The notes: generated by a model not told the origin, from the letters alone. Numbered from the stretch's first letter, positions 38,394-48,363 are shown. The stretch is DNA of 55,825 bases from Polaromonas sp. (GCA_031386655.1 JANNCO010000044.1:1-55825); one strand, 5' to 3'. Made by a program: numbers and translations.

Positions 38394-40007
38394 ATGAAAA
38401 TTGCAAGTTACGACTACATTATTACCGGCGGTGGCTCTGCAGGTTGCGTATTGGCACATCGATTGAGCGAGGATCCTGCCATCAAAGTGCTATTGTTAGA
38501 AGCGGGCGGGTCCGACAGTCATCCCTTCTTTCATTGGCCAGCAGGGTTTGCCAAAATGACTAAAGGCATTGGATCTTGGGGGTGGCAAACCGTTCCGCAA
38601 AAACATTTAAAAAATCGCATTTTACGTTTCACCCAAGCCAAGGTTATCGGCGGGGGATCGTCTATCAATGCACAACTGTACACACGCGGTGTACCTGCTG
38701 ACTATGATGAATGGGTTACCGAAGAGGGCGCTGTTGGCTGGGGTTACGACGACGTGTTGCCGTACTTCAAGCGCTCCGAGAACAATCAACGCTTCGCTAA
38801 CCATTACCACGGTTACAGCGGTCCATTGGGTGTCTCTAACCCTATCAGTCCGCTTCCAATATGCGAAGCTTATTTTCAAGCAGGGCAAGAACTCGGCATA
38901 CCGTTTAACCCGGATTTCAATGGCGAACACCAAGCGGGGCTAGGTTACTACCAGCTCACTCAACTCAACGCTCGACGATCGTCTACATCTGTGGCTTACT
39001 TGCACCCCATTCGCAGCCGCAGCAACTTAGCAGTCATGATGCAAACTATGGCAACGCGGGTATTGATTGAAAATGGCCGCGCAATAGGTGTTGAGGCAGT
39101 GCAAAGCGGGAAAAGTTCACCAATCCGTCTCTTGGCTGACCGCGAAGTTGTAGTTTCTTCGGGCGCGATAGGCTCTCCCAAATTGTTACTCCAGTCAGGT
39201 ATTGGCCCTGCTGACCATTTGCGCGCAGTAGGCGTGCCTGTCATACACGACATGCCGGGTGTCGGGAAGAATTTGCAAGATCACTTAGATCTTTTTGTAA
39301 TTGCAGAATGTACAGGTGATCATACGTATGACAAATATAACAAACCGCACCACGCAGCTTGGGCGGGCCTTCAGTATCTATTGCTGAAAAAGGGGCCAGT
39401 AGCATCTAGTTTGTTTGAAACGGGCGGATTTTGGTATGCGGATTTTGCGCAACATGCGCGTTCGCCAGACATACAGTTTCATCTAGGCTTGGGATCGGGA
39501 ATTGAAGCAGGCGTGGCCAAAATGAATAACGCTGGCGTAACGCTCAATACAGCATATTTACGGCCCCGCTCACGTGGGACAGTACATTTGGCTAACAAGG
39601 ATCCTTCTGTCGCCCCTTTGCTTGATCCTAACTATTGGGCAGAACCTCATGACCGAGCTATGGCCATTAAGGGTCTGAGATTGGCCAGGGAGTTATTACG
39701 TCAGCCCGCGCTGAAGCGGTATGTTAAATCCGAGGTCTTGCCTGGAGACGGTTTAAGTAGCGATACTGATCTCTTTGACTATGCTTGTCAGCACGGTAAA
39801 ACTGACCACCACCCGGTGGGAACTTGCAAGATAGGGCCTGCCTCTGACCCGCTTAGTGTGGTTACGCCAGACCTCAGATTAATCGGTATTAAAGGATTGC
39901 GTGTTGTGGACGCTTCGGTCATGCCACGAGTTCCTTCTTGCAATACCAATGCACCCACCATCATGGTGGCCGAAAAAGGCGCAGACCATATTCTTGGCAA
40001 AATTTAA
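38394..40007 (+). CDS. GMC-family oxidoreductase (choline/alcohol/sugar dehydrogenase-like, about 537 aa class)
   Basis: YDYIITGGGSAGCVLAHRLSED, GGSSINAQLY, and C-terminal HPVGTCKIG...VVDASVMP. Confidence 0.9.
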   Translation: MKIASYDYIITGGGSAGCVLAHRLSEDPAIKVLLLEAGGSDSHPFFHWPAGFAKMTKGIGSWGWQTVPQKHLKNRILRFTQAKVIGGGSSINAQLYTRGVPADYDEWVTEEGAVGWGYDDVLPYFKRSENNQRFANHYHGYSGPLGVSNPISPLPICEAYFQAGQELGIPFNPDFNGEHQAGLGYYQLTQLNARRSSTSVAYLHPIRSRSNLAVMMQTMATRVLIENGRAIGVEAVQSGKSSPIRLLADREVVVSSGAIGSPKLLLQSGIGPADHLRAVGVPVIHDMPGVGKNLQDHLDLFVIAECTGDHTYDKYNKPHHAAWAGLQYLLLKKGPVASSLFETGGFWYADFAQHARSPDIQFHLGLGSGIEAGVAKMNNAGVTLNTAYLRPRSRGTVHLANKDPSVAPLLDPNYWAEPHDRAMAIKGLRLARELLRQPALKRYVKSEVLPGDGLSSDTDLFDYACQHGKTDHHPVGTCKIGPASDPLSVVTPDLRLIGIKGLRVVDASVMPRVPSCNTNAPTIMVAEKGADHILGKI

Positions 40008-40023
40008 TCGCTATTGATAAACC

Positions 40024-41199
40024 ATGTCACATACTTTGCACCTTCCCCAATACGATGGTTCTACCAAGAGTTACCTTCTAAAGGGACAACCAATCTCTCC
40101 TACCGGTCCAGTTCCTACATTTAACCGTACAGTTTTTGCGGCTGCACATGTAGTGATTGATCCAATTTCCACCACTGATCCTTTCGGAACCTCACCGCAA
40201 GTTGATTGGGACACTACATTGGCTTTCAGAGAGCACCTCTACGGTCTAGGGTTCTGTGTTGCCGAGGCGATGGACACAGCACAGCGCGGCATGGGCATAG
40301 ACTGGCCCGTGGCACGCGAGTTAATTCAGCGCTCGTTGCGCCACGCGCGCACTGTGCCAAGTGCTGACTTGGCGTGCGGTGTAGGCACTGAGCAATTAGC
40401 AGCCGATGGGGATGTAACGCTAGACCAAGTTGAGCGAGCTTACCGTGAGCAATTTGACGTTGTGCAGGCTGAAGGCGGACGCGCCATTTTGATGGCTAGC
40501 AGAGCAATGGCCCGCGCAGCTACAAGCTCAGATGACTATCTCAGAGTCTATGGCCGCCTGTTGCAGGACAGCGATCAACCCGTCATTTTGCATTGGTTAG
40601 GTGATATGTTTGACCCTGCTTTAAAGGGCTATTGGGGGTCCAGCGATATTCCAACTGCATTAGACACCGTGACAGCCTTGATCTGTGCCAATGTCTCAAA
40701 AGTAGAAGGCATCAAAGTATCACTATTAGAGGCTAAATGGGAGATTGAGCTAAGGCGTAGATTACCTGAGAGCGTCAAAATGTATACCGGTGACGATTTT
40801 AATTATGCGGAGTTGATAGAGGGAGATGCCAATGGTTTTTCACATGGACTTCTCGGCATATTCGACCCTATAGCGCCAGTGGCCGCTGTAGCACTAGCAG
40901 AATTGGCGCAAGGTAACACGTTGGGTTTTCGCACACTACTTGACCCCACTGTGGCTTTGTCGCGTGAAATTTTCAAAGCACCAACGCGCCATTACAAATC
41001 AGGCATTGTGTTTTTAGCATGGCTTAATGGTCATCAAAAGCACTTTTCTATGGCTGGTGGTTTACAGGCTGCGCGCGGGGTGGCACATTACGCTCGCGTG
41101 TTTGAGCTGGCAGATGCCTGTGGTGTCTTGCGTGACCCTGATCTAGCCCATACCCGTATGCGCCAATGGCTGTCTGTGAACTGCGGTTTGAATAGCTAA
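40024..41199 (+). CDS. DUF993-like (DHDPS/aldolase-type TIM-barrel-like) protein of unknown function
   Basis: 391 aa. The assignment is from memory of the family's size and context beside sugar oxidoreductases, and needs HMM confirmation. Confidence 0.5.
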   Translation: MSHTLHLPQYDGSTKSYLLKGQPISPTGPVPTFNRTVFAAAHVVIDPISTTDPFGTSPQVDWDTTLAFREHLYGLGFCVAEAMDTAQRGMGIDWPVARELIQRSLRHARTVPSADLACGVGTEQLAADGDVTLDQVERAYREQFDVVQAEGGRAILMASRAMARAATSSDDYLRVYGRLLQDSDQPVILHWLGDMFDPALKGYWGSSDIPTALDTVTALICANVSKVEGIKVSLLEAKWEIELRRRLPESVKMYTGDDFNYAELIEGDANGFSHGLLGIFDPIAPVAAVALAELAQGNTLGFRTLLDPTVALSREIFKAPTRHYKSGIVFLAWLNGHQKHFSMAGGLQAARGVAHYARVFELADACGVLRDPDLAHTRMRQWLSVNCGLNS

Positions 41200-41241
41200 T
41201 TTAGTATTTATGACAAACACATAATCTGTCAATTTACCAAC

Positions 41242-41739
41242 ATGAAAATTACCACCACTGCACAAGATTTAGAACGAATTGCCTTGCAAGAAAAAACTTT
41301 GATTTTTCCACATTTTGACAACGCTTCTGCCCTGATTCTTGGTAGCCTCATACAAAAAATATGTATCGCAGAACAAGTAGCCGTGACCATTGAGATAAGG
41401 CTGTCAGGTGAAACAATTTTTTTCTATGCGATGCCCGGAGTGACACCTGCCAATGCCGACTGGGCACGGCGAAAACGCAATACCGTTGAACTGATGCGCC
41501 GCAGTTCCTACGGTGTGGGGCTATCACTCCATGCAGGCGGTCGTACGCTAGAAGAAAGTATGGGACTCCCACTTAGAGACTATGCATCACATGGTGGAAG
41601 CTTTCCAATCCAAGTTGCTAAACTAGGGTATGTAGGAACGGTTACTGTGTCTGGTCTTCCAGAACGCAAGGATCATGCGATTGTCGTTTCTGCTTTGGCA
41701 GAAATGTGCTGCATTGCTCTATGTGATGTCGAACTATAA
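41242..41739 (+). CDS. UPF0303 / GlcG-HbpS-like (haem-degrading-domain) protein
   Basis: 165 aa. Length and pattern (...FPHFD...ALxLG...RKRNTV...) resemble UPF0303. Last gene of the array. Confidence 0.55.
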   Translation: MKITTTAQDLERIALQEKTLIFPHFDNASALILGSLIQKICIAEQVAVTIEIRLSGETIFFYAMPGVTPANADWARRKRNTVELMRRSSYGVGLSLHAGGRTLEESMGLPLRDYASHGGSFPIQVAKLGYVGTVTVSGLPERKDHAIVVSALAEMCCIALCDVEL

Positions 41740-42110
41740 CCAATCCCATATTGATGATATGCCGCCATAAAATCCATCAAGTGAACGATCTGCCGCTTAT
41801 AGAAAATCTCGTCTGAAGTTGGCTCAGCAATTTAGAATCGGGTTGATGTCTGGTCTTAAATCAGATAAGAGCATGCAGCATCCAGTCAAATTCTGGTTTG
41901 AGCCGGGTCATAAATTTTCTCATACGCCAAAATGACGGTGATGATTATTGGTGCATCATTGCTTCTAGGTTTAAGCATAATGCCGTGGTGCTTTGACTCT
42001 GAGGCTAAGCACTTAATCACGCAAATTACTTGGCACCGCACAAGATTTCGGAAATGCTTTGGGTGTTTCCAGGCTGTAGATTATGCTTAAGCAGCCCTGT
42101 AAACACATCT

Positions 42111-42920
42111 CTACAAACGCAGCGCCACGGGTGCTGCGGCCAGTCCAGCGCGCTGCAGCCACATAAATACCGAATCAACCGTGACAGACTCAATACGGTC
42201 GGAGAAACGTTTTTCGTTGGGGTGATCGTCAAACGCAATATTGGCGGCCGTGATGCGACCGCCTAACCGCGTGAGAGGACCTAGCTTGAGCGTAGTAGGC
42301 TCATAGCCTTTGAACTGCAACCAAGCCTGCGCTTGCTGGCGATTGTTAATGCTGCCCTCCATAGCAGCAGCAAAGGTTTCAATCGCCCATTGGTTGCTTT
42401 GCTGGTATTTTTGCGCCCAGACATAGCTGACCATGCTGTAAGGCTTAGTGTGCATTGAAGTGGTGCGTGCAGGGTCTAGCAATGCTGCATGCAATTTGTC
42501 TTGTACCTCGCGCGTGGGCACCATCCAGGCGGCCTCGTAGCGGAATAAATCGTCCAGGAAAAATTCACCTAACCCCTGGCGGTAAACCGAGGCCTCAGCT
42601 GTACCGCAGGTGTTGAGCTTATGCGCCACCAGCCATTGACCGTTTTGAGTTCTGTAAGCCAGGCCCAGGTGGGAATAGCGCAGGCCGTATTTAGCAAGGT
42701 CTTGGCCCGCGCGTGCCAGCACCACGACTTTGGTCGCGTTGCGCACATACTCCGTCTCTAGCGTTTTCATCGTGCGCTCAGCCAGCGCCAAGCCTTTTTC
42801 TATCACTATGGGCGACGGTTGCTTAGGCGCATCGCACGACCGGCCTGCGTGTGCTGTACCCATCGGGACGACGAGCGCTATCGTGGCCGCCAAGAGGGCT
42901 GCAATACGTGAAAGATTCAT
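42111..42920 (-). CDS. Secreted hypothetical protein (DUF2145-like)
   Basis: ATG at 42920 gives signal peptide MNLSRIAALLAATIALVVPMGTAHA. The mature part (RYSHLGLAYR...VAHKLNTCG) resembles DUF2145 from memory. Confidence 0.5.
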   Translation of the reverse strand: MNLSRIAALLAATIALVVPMGTAHAGRSCDAPKQPSPIVIEKGLALAERTMKTLETEYVRNATKVVVLARAGQDLAKYGLRYSHLGLAYRTQNGQWLVAHKLNTCGTAEASVYRQGLGEFFLDDLFRYEAAWMVPTREVQDKLHAALLDPARTTSMHTKPYSMVSYVWAQKYQQSNQWAIETFAAAMEGSINNRQQAQAWLQFKGYEPTTLKLGPLTRLGGRITAANIAFDDHPNEKRFSDRIESVTVDSVFMWLQRAGLAAAPVALRL

Positions 42921-42985
42921 ACAAAGCCTAGGTGAATATGTCTGTCGCACTGACAAACGTATGGGTCAATATGTTTGCGAGTGCC

Positions 42986-43456
42986 TTAATTAGTAAGGCG
43001 CTCGTTATGCATCAGTGAACGACCCAGCTCGTTAGGGATAAACGCTATGGCTTCACCCAAGGCTGATAACACCACACCCGCACCGATAACACTCACAGTG
43101 ACTGCTGTGCCTGCTGCAATAGACGCGCCTTGCACGGCTTTGCCAGCTAACTCAACACTGGCACGCGCACCATCAGAGGCACGCTCTAGCACATACACCG
43201 TACCGCGCGCGGTGCTCTCTACTGCTTTCACCACCAGCACAGCACCTGCAGTCGAGAAGGCCACTGGCAATGCGACTACAGCACCTACTGCTGCACTAGC
43301 TCCTGCGCCAGACACGACTACTGAGGCTACGGGCAGCGCAGACAGTACCAGCGACGCCTCACTTTGCGCCATCACTTGTGTGGTGGTCACACTGAACACC
43401 ATCACACAGCTAACCATCCACATAGTGGTAAATGATTTTTTTAAACGATAAGTCAT
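42986..43456 (-). CDS. Hypothetical exported or membrane protein, Ala/Val/Gly-rich
   Basis: 156 aa. Signal-like N-terminus, then two long hydrophobic A/V/G/S stretches separated by a charged segment. No family recognised. Confidence 0.45.
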   Translation of the reverse strand: MTYRLKKSFTTMWMVSCVMVFSVTTTQVMAQSEASLVLSALPVASVVVSGAGASAAVGAVVALPVAFSTAGAVLVVKAVESTARGTVYVLERASDGARASVELAGKAVQGASIAAGTAVTVSVIGAGVVLSALGEAIAFIPNELGRSLMHNERLTN

Positions 43457-43487
43457 ACATTACTCCTTGGGGTTTAATGTGGTCCGA

Positions 43488-43952
43488 TTACTGCTGTTCA
43501 GCAGCCATTTCGCGGCGCGCATCCATGCGAGCAGACAAACGCATTTCAGCAGAATCAGCCTCGTGCTTATCGCGCAAGGTTTTAGCCAACGTGAAGGTGG
43601 TGGTGATCAAATACAACCAGCTTACCAGCAAGAAGGCTTTATAGGTATCGTTCAAGTTCATGCGCCACAGTCCCCAAGCGGTCAGTGTCATGGCAATAAA
43701 GAAGGCGGTGTACACCACCATACGCCACATGGGTGTGTCAACAGCTTTATATTGGTTGTCACGAATAAATTTGGCTAAAAAGAACGCAGTAGACAAACAA
43801 AAAATATAACCCATCACCATAAACGCGCGATCTAAGTCTTGTCCCGGCAAATAGGTCAGGCCCGTGCCGCATAGAAATACGGCAATGCCAAAGGAAATCC
43901 ATACCTGGGCTAACCAAGCCTTGGTGTCGCGTTGAACAATGGGTTGCTGCAT
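43488..43952 (-). CDS. YiaA/YiaB-type inner membrane protein
   Basis: Repeated two-helix modules ending in ...KFIRDNQYK and ...KTLRDKHE, as in the YiaAB domain. ATG at 43952 is preferred over the GTG at 44018. Confidence 0.6.
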   Translation of the reverse strand: MQQPIVQRDTKAWLAQVWISFGIAVFLCGTGLTYLPGQDLDRAFMVMGYIFCLSTAFFLAKFIRDNQYKAVDTPMWRMVVYTAFFIAMTLTAWGLWRMNLNDTYKAFLLVSWLYLITTTFTLAKTLRDKHEADSAEMRLSARMDARREMAAEQQ

Positions 43953-44063
43953 AGTTGTCTCTTTAAAGTTAAGGTGATTGAAGTATCCGCAGTTTGAGCG
44001 TTGCGCAAAGTGTTGCACACCAAGTGCCTGCGCGCGGTGCGCATGGTATCAAAAAATGCTACG

Positions 44064-46010
44064 TTAGCGTGATAAAAGTTGTGCTACCCGGTCTTTTAAT
44101 ACGGCGGGCTGCACTTGGCTGGCTGCGACGGGTGCACCCACATTCAACCCCACACGGCTAAAGATACCGCGCCGAAAAGGCCGCACCATAGCACCATTTT
44201 TCTCGATGCGGCTGAAGTAACTGCCCCATAAATTGGTCAGCGCCATAGGTACAACGGGCGGTTCAATACCTTGGGTTTTGGCATCTTCCAAGATTTTCAT
44301 AATGCCGCCTTTGAATTCTTGCAGCTGCCCGTCTTGGGTGATACCGCCTTCGGGGAATATCGCCAATAGATCACCCTCACCCAGCACGGCTTGCACGTCC
44401 ACGAAGGCTTGTTCATACGCGGCAGGGTCTTCACTGCGCGGGGCAATGGGAATGGCTTTGGCTAGTTTAAACATCCAGCCTAGCACCGGAATTTTGAAAA
44501 TACGGTGGTCCATCACAAAGCGTATGGGGCGTGGGCTGGCCGCCATCAGCAGAACGGCATCAATAAAGCTGACGTGGTTGCATACCAAGATAGCAGCGCC
44601 TTCAACGGGTATGTGGTGGTCGCCCGTCACTTTAAAACGGTAGGCAAAACGCGAGGCAATCCACGCCACAAAGCGCAAGAAATACTCAGGTACCAGCATG
44701 AAGATATAAAAAGCCACCACGGCGTTGGCCAAACCGGTGAACAAAAATATTTGGGGAATGGTGAACTTGGCACCCAGCAGCGCACCAGCCATCACCGAGC
44801 TGGCGATCATGAACAGCGCATTCAAAATATTGTTCGCCGCAATAATGCGCGCGCGGTGCGTGGGCTGGCTGCGCAGCTGAATCAACGCATACATAGGCAC
44901 GCTGTACAGGCCCGCAAACAGGCTAAGCAGTGCCAAGTCGGCCATCACACGCCAGTGCGCGCTCATACTGGTGAACTGGGCTATGCTCAGCTGGGCACTG
45001 GGTGGCAAGCCGCGCGAGGCAAAGTACAGGTCGATAGAAAACACGCTCATGCCTATGGCACCCAGCGGTACCAAACCAATCTCTACATGGCGGCGGCTGA
45101 GTGTTTCGCACAGCAGCGAACCTATGGCGATACCGATAGAAAACACCACCAGCAGCAGTGACGCTACTTGACTGCTGCCGTGCAAAACTTCTTTGGCAAA
45201 GCTGGGAAACTGCGATAGAAATACCGCGCCAAAAAACCACATCCAGCTGATACCCAGCAGCGAGCGGAACACCACGATATTGCCATGTGCCAGCTTGAGG
45301 TTGGCAATCGTCTCTGTAATTGGGTTCCAGTTAATTTTTAAGCTAGGGTCAGTGGCGGGTACAGCCGGAATAAACTGCGCAACCACCCTGCCCACCAATG
45401 CCGCAGCCACGCAGGCCACCGCCACGTAGGTAGGCCCCACTTGTGGAATAGCTACCAGCAAACCGCCCACAATATTGCCCGCCAAGATAGCTACAAATGT
45501 ACCCATTTCCACCATGCCGTTGCCACCAGTCAGCTCGCGCTCGCTCAGTACTTGAGGCATGTAGGCAAACTTTACCGGGCCGAACAAAGTGGAATGCAAA
45601 CCCATTAAAAACGTGCAGGCCAGCAGTACCGGCACGTTAGCTGTAGCAAAACCAAACGCAGCCAGCAGCATGATGCCAATTTCTAGGTTTTTAACGAAGC
45701 GAATGACTTTGGTTTTGTCGTACTTGTCAGTTAATTGGCCTGCTGTGGCGCTGAACAGCAAGAACGGCAAGATAAATAAAGCCCCAATGACCAACCCCGC
45801 CATGGCAGGCTGCATCCAGCTGATGCTGAGCTGGTACGTTACCATCACAGTAAATGCAAATTTGAACAAGTTGTCGTTGGCAGCACCTGCAAACTGTGTC
45901 CAAAAGAAAGGCGCAAAGCGACGCTGTCTAAGTAATGCAAACTGGTTGGGGTGGTCGTGCGCGTTGTTGACGGCAGTATCAGACTCGGTGCTGTGCGGGA
46001 TAGCGGACAT
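44064..46010 (-). CDS. Fusion protein: MFS lysophospholipid transporter (LplT-like) + PlsC-type acyltransferase
   Basis: The N-terminal 400 aa or so form a 12-TM MFS domain (FFWTQFAGAANDN). The C-terminal domain carries acyltransferase motifs CNHVSFIDAV (HX4D) and IFPEGG. Confidence 0.85.
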   Translation of the reverse strand: MSAIPHSTESDTAVNNAHDHPNQFALLRQRRFAPFFWTQFAGAANDNLFKFAFTVMVTYQLSISWMQPAMAGLVIGALFILPFLLFSATAGQLTDKYDKTKVIRFVKNLEIGIMLLAAFGFATANVPVLLACTFLMGLHSTLFGPVKFAYMPQVLSERELTGGNGMVEMGTFVAILAGNIVGGLLVAIPQVGPTYVAVACVAAALVGRVVAQFIPAVPATDPSLKINWNPITETIANLKLAHGNIVVFRSLLGISWMWFFGAVFLSQFPSFAKEVLHGSSQVASLLLVVFSIGIAIGSLLCETLSRRHVEIGLVPLGAIGMSVFSIDLYFASRGLPPSAQLSIAQFTSMSAHWRVMADLALLSLFAGLYSVPMYALIQLRSQPTHRARIIAANNILNALFMIASSVMAGALLGAKFTIPQIFLFTGLANAVVAFYIFMLVPEYFLRFVAWIASRFAYRFKVTGDHHIPVEGAAILVCNHVSFIDAVLLMAASPRPIRFVMDHRIFKIPVLGWMFKLAKAIPIAPRSEDPAAYEQAFVDVQAVLGEGDLLAIFPEGGITQDGQLQEFKGGIMKILEDAKTQGIEPPVVPMALTNLWGSYFSRIEKNGAMVRPFRRGIFSRVGLNVGAPVAASQVQPAVLKDRVAQLLSR

Positions 46011-46032
46011 AGTGCTCCTGTATTTTTAGTCT

Positions 46033-46965
46033 TTATAGATAAGGCAGGCTTGCGTCCGCCACACCATGCTGCCTATTATGTCGCAGCGCGGCGATAACAG
46101 GTACTGCCGCCAAACTAGCAACGATATGCTTTAGGCTGTGACCCGAGACCATGCCGCCCGTGGCATGAAAAACAACCTCATCACCCAGCTCTAGGCATTT
46201 AGCCACCACGTAGATGGCTACCAAGATACCCCAACGCACGCCCAGTGCACCCGCACGCCTGGGTTGTGCGGCGGCCCACAGCACTACGGCCATACCGCCA
46301 AACTGCACAGCCACCCAAGGGGCCATCACGTTCGCGGTGTAATTCAACGCGATGGCCAGCAGGCCTGCCAGCAACACTGCAGCGCATACCGACGACGACG
46401 CACGCAGGCTAATGCGCTCAGCTGTGGCCAACCCCAGCACTCCTGCAAAAGCCACGGCCATGCCGGCACGGTCTACCGCCAAACCCCAGGCGCTAGGTGC
46501 CCAGTGATAGATGCTAGAACCGATGCAGGTAAGCAACAAGCCGATAAAGAAAACTGCGGCTGACTGACGCGCTGCACTGTGCACGCTAGAGGCAAGGTGC
46601 AAGGCCCACAAACCCACCACGCCCATAGGAACAAAGGCCAAGTTGCTCAACACGTCCAGCGCGTTGGGCACACCCCATAGCACCCGCGCATCAATGAACG
46701 GATGCCCATGCGCGTGCACATGGGTATGGCCATGGGCGTTAAGCTGCCAACCAAACCACTGTGCTATGCCACTGCCCCACAGCGATCCTATCAAGGCCAA
46801 CACAGCCAGCAGCATAGCTATGGCGATAAGGTGTTGCTCCAGTTGTGTTAGCCGGAAATTAAGCGCGTGTTTAGCGGTGTTACGCGCAAGCACAGGGGCT
46901 GTTGGCGTTGCAGAAATTGGCATAAAAACTCGTTTCATGGGTTGAACATGAAAGCAAGTGTGCAA
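46033..46965 (-). CDS. Polytopic membrane protein, alkaline-ceramidase/PAQR-like putative hydrolase
   Basis: About 7 TM segments. Motifs PNALDVLSNLAF, VDRAGM and GHSLKH (HxxxH) resemble the ceramidase family. His-rich loop HGHTHVHAHGH. Start uncertain: TTG at 46965, ATG at 46938 or 46923. Confidence 0.45.
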   Translation of the reverse strand: MHTCFHVQPMKRVFMPISATPTAPVLARNTAKHALNFRLTQLEQHLIAIAMLLAVLALIGSLWGSGIAQWFGWQLNAHGHTHVHAHGHPFIDARVLWGVPNALDVLSNLAFVPMGVVGLWALHLASSVHSAARQSAAVFFIGLLLTCIGSSIYHWAPSAWGLAVDRAGMAVAFAGVLGLATAERISLRASSSVCAAVLLAGLLAIALNYTANVMAPWVAVQFGGMAVVLWAAAQPRRAGALGVRWGILVAIYVVAKCLELGDEVVFHATGGMVSGHSLKHIVASLAAVPVIAALRHNRQHGVADASLPYL

Positions 46966-47080
46966 GCCTTTGCGTTTGGCGTAGATTCAAAACGACAAGC
47001 CGCGCATTGCACCACTGGAGGTATCACCAAACGCTACTGACGCACTGGCCGCTACAGCGCAGCGCCCAGAAATATTATCT

Positions 47081-48316
47081 TTATGTGGTGAACACAGTCA
47101 GCACACCGGTGTAGCCGTACAAATGCTGGTGCGCAATCTCGCCACCGGCAAAAAAGCCTACTAGGGGCACATCGCCCAGGGCATGGCGTATCAGCTGTAG
47201 CTCGGCGCTGGGCGCACCAAAGTGGGGGCCACCGCGCCCTGCGCAGCTCACATAAATAGCGCCCGCAATACGCCGCGCTGGGCTGGGGGCGGCATCCGCA
47301 TGATCAGAGGCCAAGCCACCGGCCATGTCAAACGACACTTCGGCGGGCTCAAGTTCCTCACGGATCTCTGCGCAAATGCGCGTTAAATCACGCCGTGCAG
47401 CGTCGACATTGCGGGTGCAAAACACCAAGCTGCCGCCTTGCGGTGCCATGTCGCCAATGGCTATGCCCTGGCGCGCAGGGTCTAGGCCAATGATGTGGCG
47501 CACGCGGGTGTCTGCGCCAAAGTTGCCCACGGCGGTAACTGCCTGGTCGCCTGCGTCGGTCAGGCCCACCAAGGTGTTGCGTAGCTTGTCTATCGCGGTG
47601 CGCGGCTCGTCCAAGCTGATACCCAGGTCTTGCAGCAGCACCAGCATCGCGGGCTGACCGTCTAGCGCCGTCACTACATTGCCTTGGCTGGCGGTGATGG
47701 TGCGCTCTTTGGATTTTTTGCCAGCAGGCGTAATCAAAGGCTCGCAGCCCTGCGTGACGCGCGACAGCATAGCCACCCCTTCGCCAAATGCCACGCCGCT
47801 CAAACCACCGTGGAACACGCCTGTAGCCTTGCCTTGCCCAGGCACATTGCCGTTACCGCTGATGGCAAACTGCACGGTTTGGCGGCGGCTAGAGGCCAAC
47901 CCGCCAAACAAATAGCCCGAGTCGGTACGTGCGGCCAGTTCTTGCAACAGCTCGGCCAAGTCTGGCGTGCTGCCGTCCGCATGCACCAACGCCGTGTGGG
48001 CGTCAAAAAACCCGTGTTGCGAACCCAGTGGCGCTACGCCGCTGAACACGCGGTACTGGTCACCCGGCAGCTCGCACAGCATCACGGCCAGTGCAGGCTC
48101 GTCAAAATACTCTACGTTATTGGACGCGATGCCGACACCCACAGTGCCAGCCCAGTCAGGCACTGTGGGTAGCTCAGCGCTTAGATGGTCCAAGATGTCT
48201 TGTGCATCGTTGGCGTAATGGTCGGTGATGTAGACAATCGCCAGCGTGGGTTGCTGCGCATAGTCGTGCAGTGCAATTTGCGCACGCAGCTGCGCTAGCA
48301 CCAAGCCAGCGGCCAT
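47081..48316 (-). CDS. FIST N/C-domain sensory protein
   Basis: 411 aa from the first ATG, with FIST-type organisation. The reading frame stays open for 24 more codons upstream (see findings). Confidence 0.75.
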   Translation of the reverse strand: MAAGLVLAQLRAQIALHDYAQQPTLAIVYITDHYANDAQDILDHLSAELPTVPDWAGTVGVGIASNNVEYFDEPALAVMLCELPGDQYRVFSGVAPLGSQHGFFDAHTALVHADGSTPDLAELLQELAARTDSGYLFGGLASSRRQTVQFAISGNGNVPGQGKATGVFHGGLSGVAFGEGVAMLSRVTQGCEPLITPAGKKSKERTITASQGNVVTALDGQPAMLVLLQDLGISLDEPRTAIDKLRNTLVGLTDAGDQAVTAVGNFGADTRVRHIIGLDPARQGIAIGDMAPQGGSLVFCTRNVDAARRDLTRICAEIREELEPAEVSFDMAGGLASDHADAAPSPARRIAGAIYVSCAGRGGPHFGAPSAELQLIRHALGDVPLVGFFAGGEIAHQHLYGYTGVLTVFTT

Positions 48317-48363
48317 GCGCCACTGCGGGTGGGTGGCATGACCAAAGGGGAATAGTTTTTTAG

